Of a stretch of DNA of 64,000 bases, positions 21,241 to 31,255 are shown in pieces. The notes beneath the pieces were generated by a model, which saw only the letters and a list, made by a program, of their open reading frames with translations, did no database searches and was not told the origin of the DNA. The DNA is taken from NCBI GenBank assembly GCA_050951325.1, contig JBMNIW010000008.1, positions 160,001 through 224,000 on the forward strand, given 5' to 3'. The position numbers and the translations under genes are program-made. The DNA is from Clostridia bacterium (GTDB taxonomy: Bacteria; Bacillota; Clostridia; UBA1212; DUPL01). Within the stretch, counting starts at the first letter, position 1; each line of letters starts with the position of its first letter.

Positions 21241-21255
21241 AATTTTCCTATAACC

Positions 21256-22945
21256 TTATACCATTACTCTTCTTTTTCTTGAAAAAACACCAACTGACAA
21301 GGACAAAACCACCATAATGGGAAGTCAGTAAAAATACATCACTTGTTTGAGGATTCTCATCAGCCAGCTTCAGTTCCAAATACTGATATCTCACTTCAGC
21401 ATGTAGTATTGATTGCCCGGAGACGCAACTGTTCCGTATGCCACAATGCGTACGAATCTTGCCTTGACACCACCAAGCTCCTCATTTCTTATGTAATACT
21501 CCCCTGTCTTTTCATATGCACTGGTGTGACTCTTTGCTTCTGTGTAATTCTCGCCATCCACACTAACAAGAATCTTGTAGAAATGGGCTCTTGTTGTACC
21601 AAAATTGAGCCTTATACCACCAAGCTCGTACACACCACCAAGGTCAAAGGTGAAATATGCATTATCACCAAGATGATTGCCTGTTCCTCCAACATGACCA
21701 ATAACCTTTACCAGTGTAGCGTCGTTTCCGTCGTACGCATTCTCTATTTTCGTTCCTTCAACAGGACTGTTGTCTGAGAATCCGTGCATTTCCCCGGAAA
21801 CAATGGTTATCATGTCGTCTGGTTCCGATGTTGGTTCTATTGTAGGTTCGGTCGTAGGTTCTGTTGTGGTTCCGCCGTCGGCTCAGGTGTAGGTTCCGTG
21901 TGGTTGGCTCTGTGGTTGGTTCTGTGGCAGGTTCCACATATTCAGTACCGTAAGCAGCAAACTCATAAACCTGATAGTTGTCAGACAAGGTAGTTCCATT
22001 GTCGAAGGCCGCAGTGGCTGAAAACTTTATGTATCTTGCAACTCCCTCAACAGGTATGTTGAAATATCCATCGTGTCCATAACTGGTCTTGTTAAAGAAG
22101 CTATAAACCTTTTCAAAGTTCTCATTGTCCTGGCTTATGTAAATATCAAAACAAAGAATTCTCTTGTTCCCAAGGGAAGGATGAGCTGTTATCAAAGCTA
22201 CCTTTTCCAGCTCGTACAAATCACCAAGGTCAATTAGAAAATGTGGATCATTCTTGTATTGACCATCTCCCTTGTGAGGAGCATAGTTTGCACTAGTTGT
22301 TGGATTTCCATCGGTAAGATGCTCAAGAACTTGTCCAAAGTTAGGACCGCTGGCAAAGTTCTTCGCAACCACATCTGCCACTTCAATCCTGTTGGCTGTC
22401 ACCACATCCGCCACTTTCCCGTATGCTGCAACTTCTGCAAGATGATAGTTTTCGTTCAAATCTCTACTTTCATTAACATAAGCTCCTAGAGCCATCAGCT
22501 TTATGTATCTTGCCTGAATGTTCTTAACAATATTGAATTCACTGCCATTTGCACCGTACTCCTTGTCTGTAAATTCAAATATCTTCTCATATGAAATACC
22601 ATCAACGCTTGTATATAGCTCAAAGTTGTGAGTTCTGACAGGATTTGCAAATATTACAGTAATTTTGCTTACATCGCAGACTTGTCCCAAATCAAAAAGA
22701 AAATACGTACCTTCCCTATACCTGTCTCCAACCTTGTGAGCTGCATAGTTTGCAAAGGTTGCAGGATCTCCGTCGTATGCATTTGTCAGTTTCGTTCCAA
22801 AGTTTGGACCACCTGCAAAATAATTTGCAGATACTGAAGAAAACGCAAGTTTTGCATCGCTTTCCGCACTGGATGGCTGATATTGTATAAGGCTGGCCAA
22901 AAGACACAACCCTATAACAAATGCCATTATGCCTTTAAACTTCAT
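21256..22945 (-). CDS. Cell-wall-anchored protein with three discoidin (F5/8C, CBM32-like) domains, EPT linker and NPQTS sorting signal; several indels
   Basis: Signal peptide; three repeats of AYDG..T / FDLG / VSxDG / ARYIK. Reconstructed tail ENPQTSDVFLLLPIMVVLSLSVGVFSRKRRVMV* needs about five indel corrections. Confidence 0.75.
21815..21935 (-). repeat. 12-bp degenerate tandem repeat encoding an (EPTT)n linker
   Basis: GAACCxACxACx units. Confidence 0.8.
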
Positions 22946-23020
22946 AAAAACCCCTCTTTCATAAATGGAATCTGTTTATTAATATTCTAATAACAGAAAT
23001 GTTCCAATCATATAACTTTA

Positions 23021-23107
23021 TTGATTTCATCGGATAGGAATAATGTTATATTGATTAAAAATCGCCAATTCAATCAAAATTATTTCAAATACTTGAAAAC
23101 AAATCAA
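23021..23107. promoter_or_regulatory. Symmetric four-box putative operator in a divergent promoter region
   Basis: TTGATT at 23021 and 23051, AATCAA at 23072 and 23102; 30-bp period, dyad centre 23064. Confidence 0.5.
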
Positions 23108-23175
23108 CATACTAATATTATCTTCACAGTACTCAATATAATATATATTTACAAACGATTTTGGGAGGTAAAATC

Positions 23176-24069
23176 ATGAAGAGATTTTTAATACTGTCAA
23201 TAGTGCTGATCTCACTGGTCTTCTTCGGATGCCAGAAGGACATTGAAAAAGACCCTTCACCCACTCCATCTCCAACTGAGACGGAAAAGGTAGATAAAAC
23301 AGATGCACCAACACCTGAACCAACAGAAGAAAAAACACCTGAACCAACAAAAGAACCATTACCAGGAGAACAACTGGGTATACCTCAGGATGATGCAGAA
23401 ATCATATATCTGGATGATTTTGTTGACAATTACATAAACCCCGAAGCTCTTTTCAGATACAACAACGGGCACGAGGTTGTTGAAGAACAACTTTACCTGA
23501 GCACATACAAAGGAGTACCCGTAGAGTTGGTAGACACATATTCACCCGACTATTACTGCGAAGCAAAAGTAGACGGGATTTCACAAGTCCAGTTCCATCT
23601 TAGGTTTAAGACCTCTCACGAAAGAGCGGAAAAAGACCCTTGGATGGCAGCAATAATAGGTGTAAGAGTGTATGAACCCATGGGAAACAGTTTCAAACCT
23701 GCCGACGAAGATTCAGGCATATACGTGGCTGTTACCCAGATCAACAAAATTCTTGTTTACCACGGCATACCTGGCCACTGGCCAAGAGGTGCCTTCAGCA
23801 TGGAAATACCAAACGGTTTTGGCGAGATGTGCGAGCTTGTTATCGTGGATACAGGAGACAAGCTGTTCTACTACCAGAAGCTGGAGGGCTCTGAACCGAC
23901 ATTGTTCATGATCATTGAACTTTCCGATCAAATCAAATGCTTCGATGCAGATGGCAATGAAGTATACTCTGCCGACAACAACCTCAAGGAAGACAAGGGA
24001 GGATACTTCAAGATTTTCAATCACTTCGGAAGAACAGTAATTGACGAATTCTCAATAAAGGTGCGTTGA
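23176..24069 (+). CDS. Lipoprotein with PT linker and putative lectin-like beta-sandwich domain
   Basis: Lipobox FFGC, PTPEPT linker, beta-rich aromatic domain; GGGAGG RBS. Confidence 0.75.
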   Translation: MKRFLILSIVLISLVFFGCQKDIEKDPSPTPSPTETEKVDKTDAPTPEPTEEKTPEPTKEPLPGEQLGIPQDDAEIIYLDDFVDNYINPEALFRYNNGHEVVEEQLYLSTYKGVPVELVDTYSPDYYCEAKVDGISQVQFHLRFKTSHERAEKDPWMAAIIGVRVYEPMGNSFKPADEDSGIYVAVTQINKILVYHGIPGHWPRGAFSMEIPNGFGEMCELVIVDTGDKLFYYQKLEGSEPTLFMIIELSDQIKCFDADGNEVYSADNNLKEDKGGYFKIFNHFGRTVIDEFSIKVR

Positions 24070-24074
24070 TTGAT

Positions 24075-25949
24075 ATGACAAAAAATACACTAATTAAAAT
24101 TGTCTGCTTTTTTATAGCCATAACACTACTGATAACCGCCTGCAGCAAAAACAACAATGGCAATAACAGCGACAATAATAAAACAGAATCAAAGGAGGCG
24201 CTTGAACTGTCAGTATACGCTGGAGTTGACGATTTAGGAAGGGTGCTACCTCTTGCTGGGGATAATGGTGTCCCTGCTTATGACAGCAACAAATATGTAG
24301 GAATCTTCTATTTTGTTTGGCATGGAGCAAGACAGGTTCCAGGACCCTATGATGTAAGCAAAATTATTGAAAAGGACAAGGATGCGGCCAGATCCGACGA
24401 AGCATGGCAAGCAGCTGGTGGCGGTCCTGTTGGAACAAACCACTGGTGGGGAGAACCGTTGTTTGGCTACTTTAGGAACACAGACAGGTGGGTAATGTCA
24501 AAGGACGTTCAGATGCTTACCGATGCGGGCGTTGATTTTATAATCTTTGACTATTCCAACGGAAACTCATATACCCAAGCAGTACTTACAATGCTTGAAA
24601 TATTGGACACCTTCCACAAGCAAGGGTTTAATGTTCCAAAAGTATCTTTCGTTACAAAAGCCGAGTCCGTTCGTCACATGAAGGAAATCTACAACGACAT
24701 ATACAAGTCCCATCCGGAGTATGAGCACCTTTGGTTCAAACTGGACGGCAAGCCTTTAATGATAGGCAGCAACAAGTCACCCGATCTGGACCAGGAAGTA
24801 AAGGACTTTTTTACCATAAAGTACGCCCAGTGGCCAAGAGAGTCATACAGTGATGATGGTTTCCCATGGATGGATTTCCAAAGACCACAGACCCTGTATG
24901 GAAAGGAATCGGGAACAACCATAATGAGCGTATCTGTGGCACAGCACTCGGGAACTCTTGCCCTAAGTTCCAGCGCTTTCTATGGCGATGATACCAACAA
25001 GACAAGAAGCTACCACAACGGCGCTAATGACAAATCCGAAGATGCATACTTGTACGGTTACAACTTTGCAGAACAGTTTGAATATGCAATAAGTCAGAAT
25101 CCCGATATAATATTTGTCACTGGCTGGAATGAATGGATAGCAACAAGGCAGAATCCAGGTAGTTGGAAATATATCGACGGCACACCAAACTACGAGCCAG
25201 TTATTCTTGTAGATGCAGCTGACATCAACAACTCAAGAGATATCCAGCCAATGCAGGGAGGTTTTGGCGACAACTATTACATGCAGCTCATAAGCTACAT
25301 AAGAAAGTTTAAAGGGCTTGCGCCATACAATACAAATTTGCCTGAAAAGAGCACAACCTACGGAACAATAGATTTTTCAAATGGTTTTGCAGACTGGGAT
25401 AAATTAGGCCAAACATATATTGACTACACCCAGGATACAGAACACAGGGATGCAAGAGGCTACGGCAGAATTGTGTACAAGAACGATACAGGCAGAAACG
25501 ACATATTTGTAAGCAAGGTGGCCTGCGATAACAAAAACATATACTTCTACGTGGAAACATTAGACCCACTGACTCCAAAGGAAGACAAACACTGGATGAA
25601 CCTCTTTATCTCCACGGGCAACGAAGGCAATAAGACCTGGCATGGTTATGATTTTGTCGTAAACAGGGTTTCTCCATCTGATAACAAGGCGGTATTGGAA
25701 AAATGTTTTGGCGGATGGAATTTTGAAAAGGTACAAGATATTGATTTCATGTACAATAACAACAAACTTCAAATTGCCATTCCCCTTGAAACTCTAGGAT
25801 ACGAATCTCACGAGAATCTGCGAATCGAGTTTAAGTGGGCTGACAATTACGTATTGAACGAAAACAATGAAGCGGACATCTTCACCTTCTACACTGATGG
25901 GGATGCCGCACCATACGGAAGACTTAACTATATATTTAAAAATAACTAA
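24075..25949 (+). CDS. Lipoprotein GH99/GH71-like glycoside hydrolase
   Basis: Lipobox ITAC; VGIFYF, WWGEPLFGY, VTGWNEW, GDAAPYGRLNY. Paralog of 7607-9271. Confidence 0.7.
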   Translation: MTKNTLIKIVCFFIAITLLITACSKNNNGNNSDNNKTESKEALELSVYAGVDDLGRVLPLAGDNGVPAYDSNKYVGIFYFVWHGARQVPGPYDVSKIIEKDKDAARSDEAWQAAGGGPVGTNHWWGEPLFGYFRNTDRWVMSKDVQMLTDAGVDFIIFDYSNGNSYTQAVLTMLEILDTFHKQGFNVPKVSFVTKAESVRHMKEIYNDIYKSHPEYEHLWFKLDGKPLMIGSNKSPDLDQEVKDFFTIKYAQWPRESYSDDGFPWMDFQRPQTLYGKESGTTIMSVSVAQHSGTLALSSSAFYGDDTNKTRSYHNGANDKSEDAYLYGYNFAEQFEYAISQNPDIIFVTGWNEWIATRQNPGSWKYIDGTPNYEPVILVDAADINNSRDIQPMQGGFGDNYYMQLISYIRKFKGLAPYNTNLPEKSTTYGTIDFSNGFADWDKLGQTYIDYTQDTEHRDARGYGRIVYKNDTGRNDIFVSKVACDNKNIYFYVETLDPLTPKEDKHWMNLFISTGNEGNKTWHGYDFVVNRVSPSDNKAVLEKCFGGWNFEKVQDIDFMYNNNKLQIAIPLETLGYESHENLRIEFKWADNYVLNENNEADIFTFYTDGDAAPYGRLNYIFKNN

Positions 25950-25969
25950 GGGGCTTGTTCTGCCCCTTA
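25947..25969. terminator. Hairpin between convergent genes
   Basis: TAAGGGGC-N7-GCCCCTTA. Confidence 0.6.
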
Positions 25970-27458
25970 CTTCTTCTTTCTGACACTTTTTCTGTAACCC
26001 GTAGGCGTCTGCCCGGTTATGCTCTTAAACACTTTTGCAAAATAGGAACTGTAGTTAAAGCCGCATTTCAAAAATATATCTGTGATGGATTCATCAGTTT
26101 CGGCAAGCAGCCTGCATGCGTGCGCAATTCTCACTTCATTAAGATACTCAACAATAGTCTTATTCATAGCCCTTTTAAACATTCTGCACAAATGAGACGT
26201 GCTCACATAAAAGTGCTTGGCGATTGTGTCAAGGCTGTCTATGCTGTCAAAATTGCTGTCAATATACTCAACTACATGCGATACTTCGTTATGATGTATA
26301 ATGGAATTCTGTACCGAAACTCCAGTGTCGTTTATGAGGCACAGTATTTCACCAATTCTTAAGAATAAAACGCTTTTCGAACAACTTCTCAGATCAGCAA
26401 ACAAATTCTGCAGCCTGACATGTTCATGCTCTGGAATGAATACAAGATTTGACTGAAACGCCGCAAGAAGATACTTTGCAGCTTCGTCACTAAAATATCT
26501 GCTTACATAATCCCGCTCAAACTCAACAAGATGCCGTATGTTATAAAGGCTTAGATCTGCATGGATATCATATGGAGATATGAGAAGAATTTGCCCTTTG
26601 CTTACTGTCAAAACCGTGCGGTTTATATAGAATCTAACGTCCCCCGACGTCTGAAACTGAACTATTTTGTAATTGGCACTTGTATCAAAATACCTGAAGG
26701 TGTCTTCAAATACAACCCTTTCAGTTCCCATTTCAATATCGTGCTCAATAATCTTAATGCTGTATAATACTGTACGGGCGAAATGATTAAATATCTTGAA
26801 CCATCCGCCCTTTTTGTCTTTCAAGTTGTTGTCTGCCTCATATATAACATTTTCCTTGTCGTCCAATACCCGCAGTGTTTCGGTAGATATATCGACAACA
26901 AACAAATTCTTCCTAACATCATCATCTAGTGATGAAAACACAAAAGAGCTGCCATTATCCAATACTGATAACTTTCGTTTACTCTTTAACCCTTCCCGTA
27001 ATGACACTTTGCAGGAACCAACAGGCCAGTCTTTCTTAATTCCATGGAAAATATGGGCAAGGGGCTTTTCTCTAAACGATGCAAAAAAAATCATCCGTTA
27101 AATTGTTTGGATTTGCCTCTCCAGGAACGATTGATGAATTTCTCACACCTATAAAAAGAGCCATCCAAGCCCTTTCATCTTCATGAAAATCTGCCGAAAA
27201 CTCAAGAATCATTTCATAATGTTTCTTGTTGTACACCGGCTCATAATACAGAGGTGGATTGTATGCAGCAACACGATGGATGTATGCGCCCTTATACTGA
27301 CTGAGATGCATCCTTCCATCAATAATTTCATGAAACTGATTCATCCAGTTGGGGCTTTCCTGCATATAGTTGACATCATCAATACATACATTTTTTATTT
27401 GCTTTACATCGTAAAAATACCGTATACCCTGCATATCCTTTACATAGTTTCTCCTCAC
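25967..27458 (-). CDS. AraC regulator with an extra N-terminal lectin-like domain; frameshift at a T8 tract (27083-27090)
   Basis: C-terminal AraC HTH (SHLCRMFK, CGFNYSSYFAKVFK) and cupin segment. The N-terminus across both ORFs aligns with the 23176 lipoprotein. Removing one T joins the frames. Confidence 0.8.
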
Positions 27459-27505
27459 TAGATTTATAAAATTATACTACAGACTAGTTTTTCTAGCAAG
27501 TTTGC

Positions 27506-29335
27506 CTACTTCTGGTCTATCCTCCATGTTCTTTCTTCAAAGTCCACATACACACAGGTCCCATCAGCAAAGGTGGTTCTCTGCTTTCTATATGTCTCAT
27601 CCAGGAACTCATGCTTGACCATCTCTTCATGACAAACCTTTTTATGAAGATCCAGCGCAACCTTGCCAAGTTCAATATTCTCACTTTTTTCACAAATATC
27701 GTAGTATATGGTATCTCCATTCAACAAAGCATGCAGAAATCCCCAATCATCCTTTGGAAGATTCCATCCACCACCTTCAATACCCATCCAAGGTATAACA
27801 ACACAATCATGATACACAAGATTGAAAAGGGGTATGGGAATGCCTATTGCCTCACTTTCATAGCTTCCAATTTCCTCTACTGCAAAAGGAGCATGGTGAA
27901 TAAGAGCCATCGAAGGAAGTATAAAATCACAAGGCTCTTCAGAGCTGGTTATGATGCCCTGACCATCGAGCATCTCAAGGCATTTTATCCTATACTCCGC
28001 ACTTTCCCTTCTTGTCATCATATGCTCCTTATGTGCGCACTCCCTTATTGCCACAACACCAAACACATCCAGATAGGAACCTTCTATGTCAATGCCAAGT
28101 TCCTTGAAAATCATATAGTTTCTCTTTAAATAATATTGGGCAAGCTTTGTACAAAGAAGAGTCTGCTCTCCTCCGTACCAGTAGTTTACGTATTCCCTCT
28201 CCCCAAAGGTATCTGTTATCGCATTTTCAATATCAAAGCTTTCAGCATCGTAATAGTAATCATGGTATTGGTCATGTATTCCAAACACGTAGTCAAGCTC
28301 CTTGCAGGTGTTTGCAAGATACTTCATACCTTCTGCTCCGCCTGCTTTTTCATAGGGAGGAAACACATCCGGATGCAGATTGTCATATCCTCTTTTACCC
28401 CATCCGTCCAGATGTAAATATGCCTTTTCCACACCCATCTCTTTAAGCTTCCTTAATTGTTCCGCTCTTTTGTAAAAGGATACATAATGCTCGTTATGTT
28501 CAGGTCTGTCCGGATCATAATAATGGGTGCCTGGCTTTATATATATTGCAATCGCTGTATGGATAACTGGTGTTCCAACAAGTTTTGCAACATTAGGGTT
28601 CTTCTCCATCTTTTGCCTCAATGTTACGAGTTTTCCTTGTAATTTCACATAATTTCTGTACTCTTTGGCAATCAGATTGTAATCGCAATCCTTTAAAAAC
28701 TTTATTACTATCTCCCTTTCATAAGCCATCTTGCCAAGACTTGGTCTCCAGCCATGCACTACCAAAGTCTCTCCATTTGGGGTATGGGAGACAATTGAAT
28801 TGGCATCATATGGAGTTTCATATATCGCAATATACCCCACGCCTCCCTTGACCTGGCCAAACATCGGCATGTAGTTGTCCCTTTCATACATAAGACCGCC
28901 GGTGTATTGTTTTACCTCTTTAGGCCATTTTGCCGGCAGCAGAACACCCTGCATGTAAGGAAGAACAGAATACCCCTTATCAGGACAGAACTCAAAGGGA
29001 CTTGGCCAATACACCATCTTTATCGAATTGTATTCGTCTCCCTCCACATAGATTCTTAACCTTATCTCACCTGTTGCCCTTTCAATACAAACCTTTGTGT
29101 AACATACAACACCATTATCAAAAACATACTCCGCCTTCACTCCATCTTCGACACCGGTGGAGTACCTTGAAGATGTGCACTTTGCCTGCTCAAAACCTAT
29201 TAGACCACCATCATAGTATTCAATACCCGACTTGCCTTCCTTCCACTTCCAAGACTCATTCAAATATTTGACTTCAAGCAAGACACTCTCCGGATTATAT
29301 ATCACAACCAAATCTTCATAATGCAATGTATACAT
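27506..29335 (-). CDS. GH129-like alpha-N-acetylgalactosaminidase
   Basis: HLDGWG..GYDNLHPD, HDQYHDYY, YLDVF (nucleophile Asp) and SSEE (acid/base Glu) as in NagBb-type enzymes; no signal peptide. Confidence 0.8.
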   Translation of the reverse strand: MYTLHYEDLVVIYNPESVLLEVKYLNESWKWKEGKSGIEYYDGGLIGFEQAKCTSSRYSTGVEDGVKAEYVFDNGVVCYTKVCIERATGEIRLRIYVEGDEYNSIKMVYWPSPFEFCPDKGYSVLPYMQGVLLPAKWPKEVKQYTGGLMYERDNYMPMFGQVKGGVGYIAIYETPYDANSIVSHTPNGETLVVHGWRPSLGKMAYEREIVIKFLKDCDYNLIAKEYRNYVKLQGKLVTLRQKMEKNPNVAKLVGTPVIHTAIAIYIKPGTHYYDPDRPEHNEHYVSFYKRAEQLRKLKEMGVEKAYLHLDGWGKRGYDNLHPDVFPPYEKAGGAEGMKYLANTCKELDYVFGIHDQYHDYYYDAESFDIENAITDTFGEREYVNYWYGGEQTLLCTKLAQYYLKRNYMIFKELGIDIEGSYLDVFGVVAIRECAHKEHMMTRRESAEYRIKCLEMLDGQGIITSSEEPCDFILPSMALIHHAPFAVEEIGSYESEAIGIPIPLFNLVYHDCVVIPWMGIEGGGWNLPKDDWGFLHALLNGDTIYYDICEKSENIELGKVALDLHKKVCHEEMVKHEFLDETYRKQRTTFADGTCVYVDFEERTWRIDQK

Positions 29336-29401
29336 CTTTATACCCCTTCCTACTAATGTACATAGCTGCATTATACAGTTTCAAAAGATTAAAAACAATA
29401 G

Positions 29402-29435
29402 AAAAAGCGCCAAAGCCTTTTTCGCCTTGACGCTT
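29402..29435 (-). terminator. Intrinsic terminator
   Basis: AAGCGTCAAGGC...GCTTTGGCGCTTTTT on the minus strand. Confidence 0.6.
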
Positions 29436-29451
29436 ATTCGAAGGTATAAAT

Positions 29452-30030
29452 TTATATTGTTCGTACTCTCTTTTTAAGAAGGAGAGTTGAGAATACGCCA
29501 AATACCGCATACTGTATAATCGCCAAATCACCCGTTGATGGGATTGTTGGCTCTTCTCCCTGATCCTCATCCGCAAGTATGAACTCGAAATAGTCGATAC
29601 TGATGGATCCGGTACATGTAAACTTGAGTTTGGAACCTTCAGGGATGTCAACCTCAATTTCATCCGTATCCAAAAACGGAGCACCCCAGTCTTCCCCAGT
29701 CGGAGTAATATCCACATCAATCAAAGATTCAAATTCACTATCTTTTTCAATAAATACATGCAGTATTGTCCCTTCATGTATCGCCCTGTAATTTACAACA
29801 AACGCTTTGGAAGCGGGAATGTTGTCATAGATTATGACATGTCCGCCAACACTATCAATCCCTATAAACTTTCCACCGCTCATGTTTTCATCATCAGCAA
29901 CCGCAGGATTGCTAACCTCTGGGAGAAAGTCTTCCGCCTCAACTCTTACCCTGTCATCTTCTGCCGATACACCAAGAGCAAGTATAAATACCAGCAATAA
30001 AACGACAAAACAGCAAACTCTCTTTTTCAA
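29452..30030 (-). CDS. Sortase-anchored CBM6/CBM35-like protein
   Basis: Signal peptide, VEAED...SGGKFIG...IDYFEF, IPSTGD + TM + KKR tail; TTG start after AAGGTG. Confidence 0.75.
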   Translation of the reverse strand: MKKRVCCFVVLLLVFILALGVSAEDDRVRVEAEDFLPEVSNPAVADDENMSGGKFIGIDSVGGHVIIYDNIPASKAFVVNYRAIHEGTILHVFIEKDSEFESLIDVDITPTGEDWGAPFLDTDEIEVDIPEGSKLKFTCTGSISIDYFEFILADEDQGEEPTIPSTGDLAIIQYAVFGVFSTLLLKKRVRTI

Positions 30031-30046
30031 AACGATCACCTTTCCT

Positions 30047-31240
30047 TTATTTTTTCTTTTTGACAATAACGAATATTACAACAGCCGCAATAACTACAAT
30101 TGCCGCAATAATTATCCAAACAATGTAGCCAGATGTTTCCTCGTCATTGCCCGATCCGGTCTTGTCATCCGTCTTTCCAGGTGTAGACTCTGTAGTCGGA
30201 TTAGGTGTTGGTGATTCGGTCGGAACGGGTGTTGCAAAAATCTCCTCTATGTTGGAAGTCTTTCCAAGAGCCGCATTTCCCCATACGCAGATATCCGTTC
30301 CTACACCATCATCAACCGGGCTAGTATAGAGTTTCAATACTTTTGCATCCGTCACATCAACAACCACCAGCCTGGGATCTTCGGCAATCGTCATTACATC
30401 GCTCTCATACTTCACGACTCCATCCACTTCCACATAGAACTTGACAGTAGTATCCATACCGGCTGAGTAGTTGGTATTTGTAACATCATCCACACCTATG
30501 TAGGATGCAAAGGTGGTAAAGCCCAACCCCTCTATGTTTATCTCAACAAACTCTGAACCTGGAAAATGTCCGGCAGACATGCATAAACCCTTCGAATATA
30601 CCTCGCCGTTTATGGACAAGTCTGTAAACATGTATGTCGTATCCAGAACTACCCTGGTGGCTCTTAGAAACTCCAAATCACTCAGGAATACATTATTAAG
30701 ATCTTTAACTCCCTCTTTTTGTTTGCCGTCAGTGGGTTTTGGTTTTTCGGATTCATTAAACTTGAACTCGAAATAGTCCACATTGAACGTGCTGGTAGTG
30801 ACAATTGTTACCTTTGAACCTTCCGGTATGTAAATTTGCTCTTCAACAATACCCAGGGTATCACCAAAAGGATCCCAGCCGCCTGTCGCATCATAAATCA
30901 TTGCCCCTATGACTTCCTGCTTTCCTTCTTCAACTTCCAAATAGAAGATTACCTCGCCACCATGGGGAGATGCATAGTTGAAGGAAACTGTTGTCGTCTC
31001 GGGCACATTTTCATAGATAATGGCATAGTTGTAAAAGCCTTCGGTATCCAAAGTATAGTCAATTCCAATATACTTGCCACCACTTGCCTCATCTGACTCT
31101 CCGACAGCAAACCTGCCTACATTATCTTCCGCCTCAAGCTTCGTCACCTCATATTCGGTCTCTTCGGCGGAGATAATTATCGAAGCAGCAAGGCTGACTA
31201 TCAAAATTGCAATAAGTATTAATAGATTTCTCCTGTACAT
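30047..31240 (-). CDS. Membrane-anchored CBM6/35-like + NPCBM (CBM51-like) protein
   Basis: LEAED..SGGKYIG; FLSDL..YSKGL..YIGVDD..VWGNA; PT linker; C-terminal TM + KKKK. Confidence 0.8.
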   Translation of the reverse strand: MYRRNLLILIAILIVSLAASIIISAEETEYEVTKLEAEDNVGRFAVGESDEASGGKYIGIDYTLDTEGFYNYAIIYENVPETTTVSFNYASPHGGEVIFYLEVEEGKQEVIGAMIYDATGGWDPFGDTLGIVEEQIYIPEGSKVTIVTTSTFNVDYFEFKFNESEKPKPTDGKQKEGVKDLNNVFLSDLEFLRATRVVLDTTYMFTDLSINGEVYSKGLCMSAGHFPGSEFVEINIEGLGFTTFASYIGVDDVTNTNYSAGMDTTVKFYVEVDGVVKYESDVMTIAEDPRLVVVDVTDAKVLKLYTSPVDDGVGTDICVWGNAALGKTSNIEEIFATPVPTESPTPNPTTESTPGKTDDKTGSGNDEETSGYIVWIIIAAIVVIAAVVIFVIVKKKK

Positions 31241-31255
31241 AAAAGCACCTTCTTC

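Noticed and set aside
21815-21935. Tandem repeats as a possible CRISPR array
   Set aside because: 12-bp codon-degenerate units without spacers that encode a Pro/Thr linker; no cas genes.
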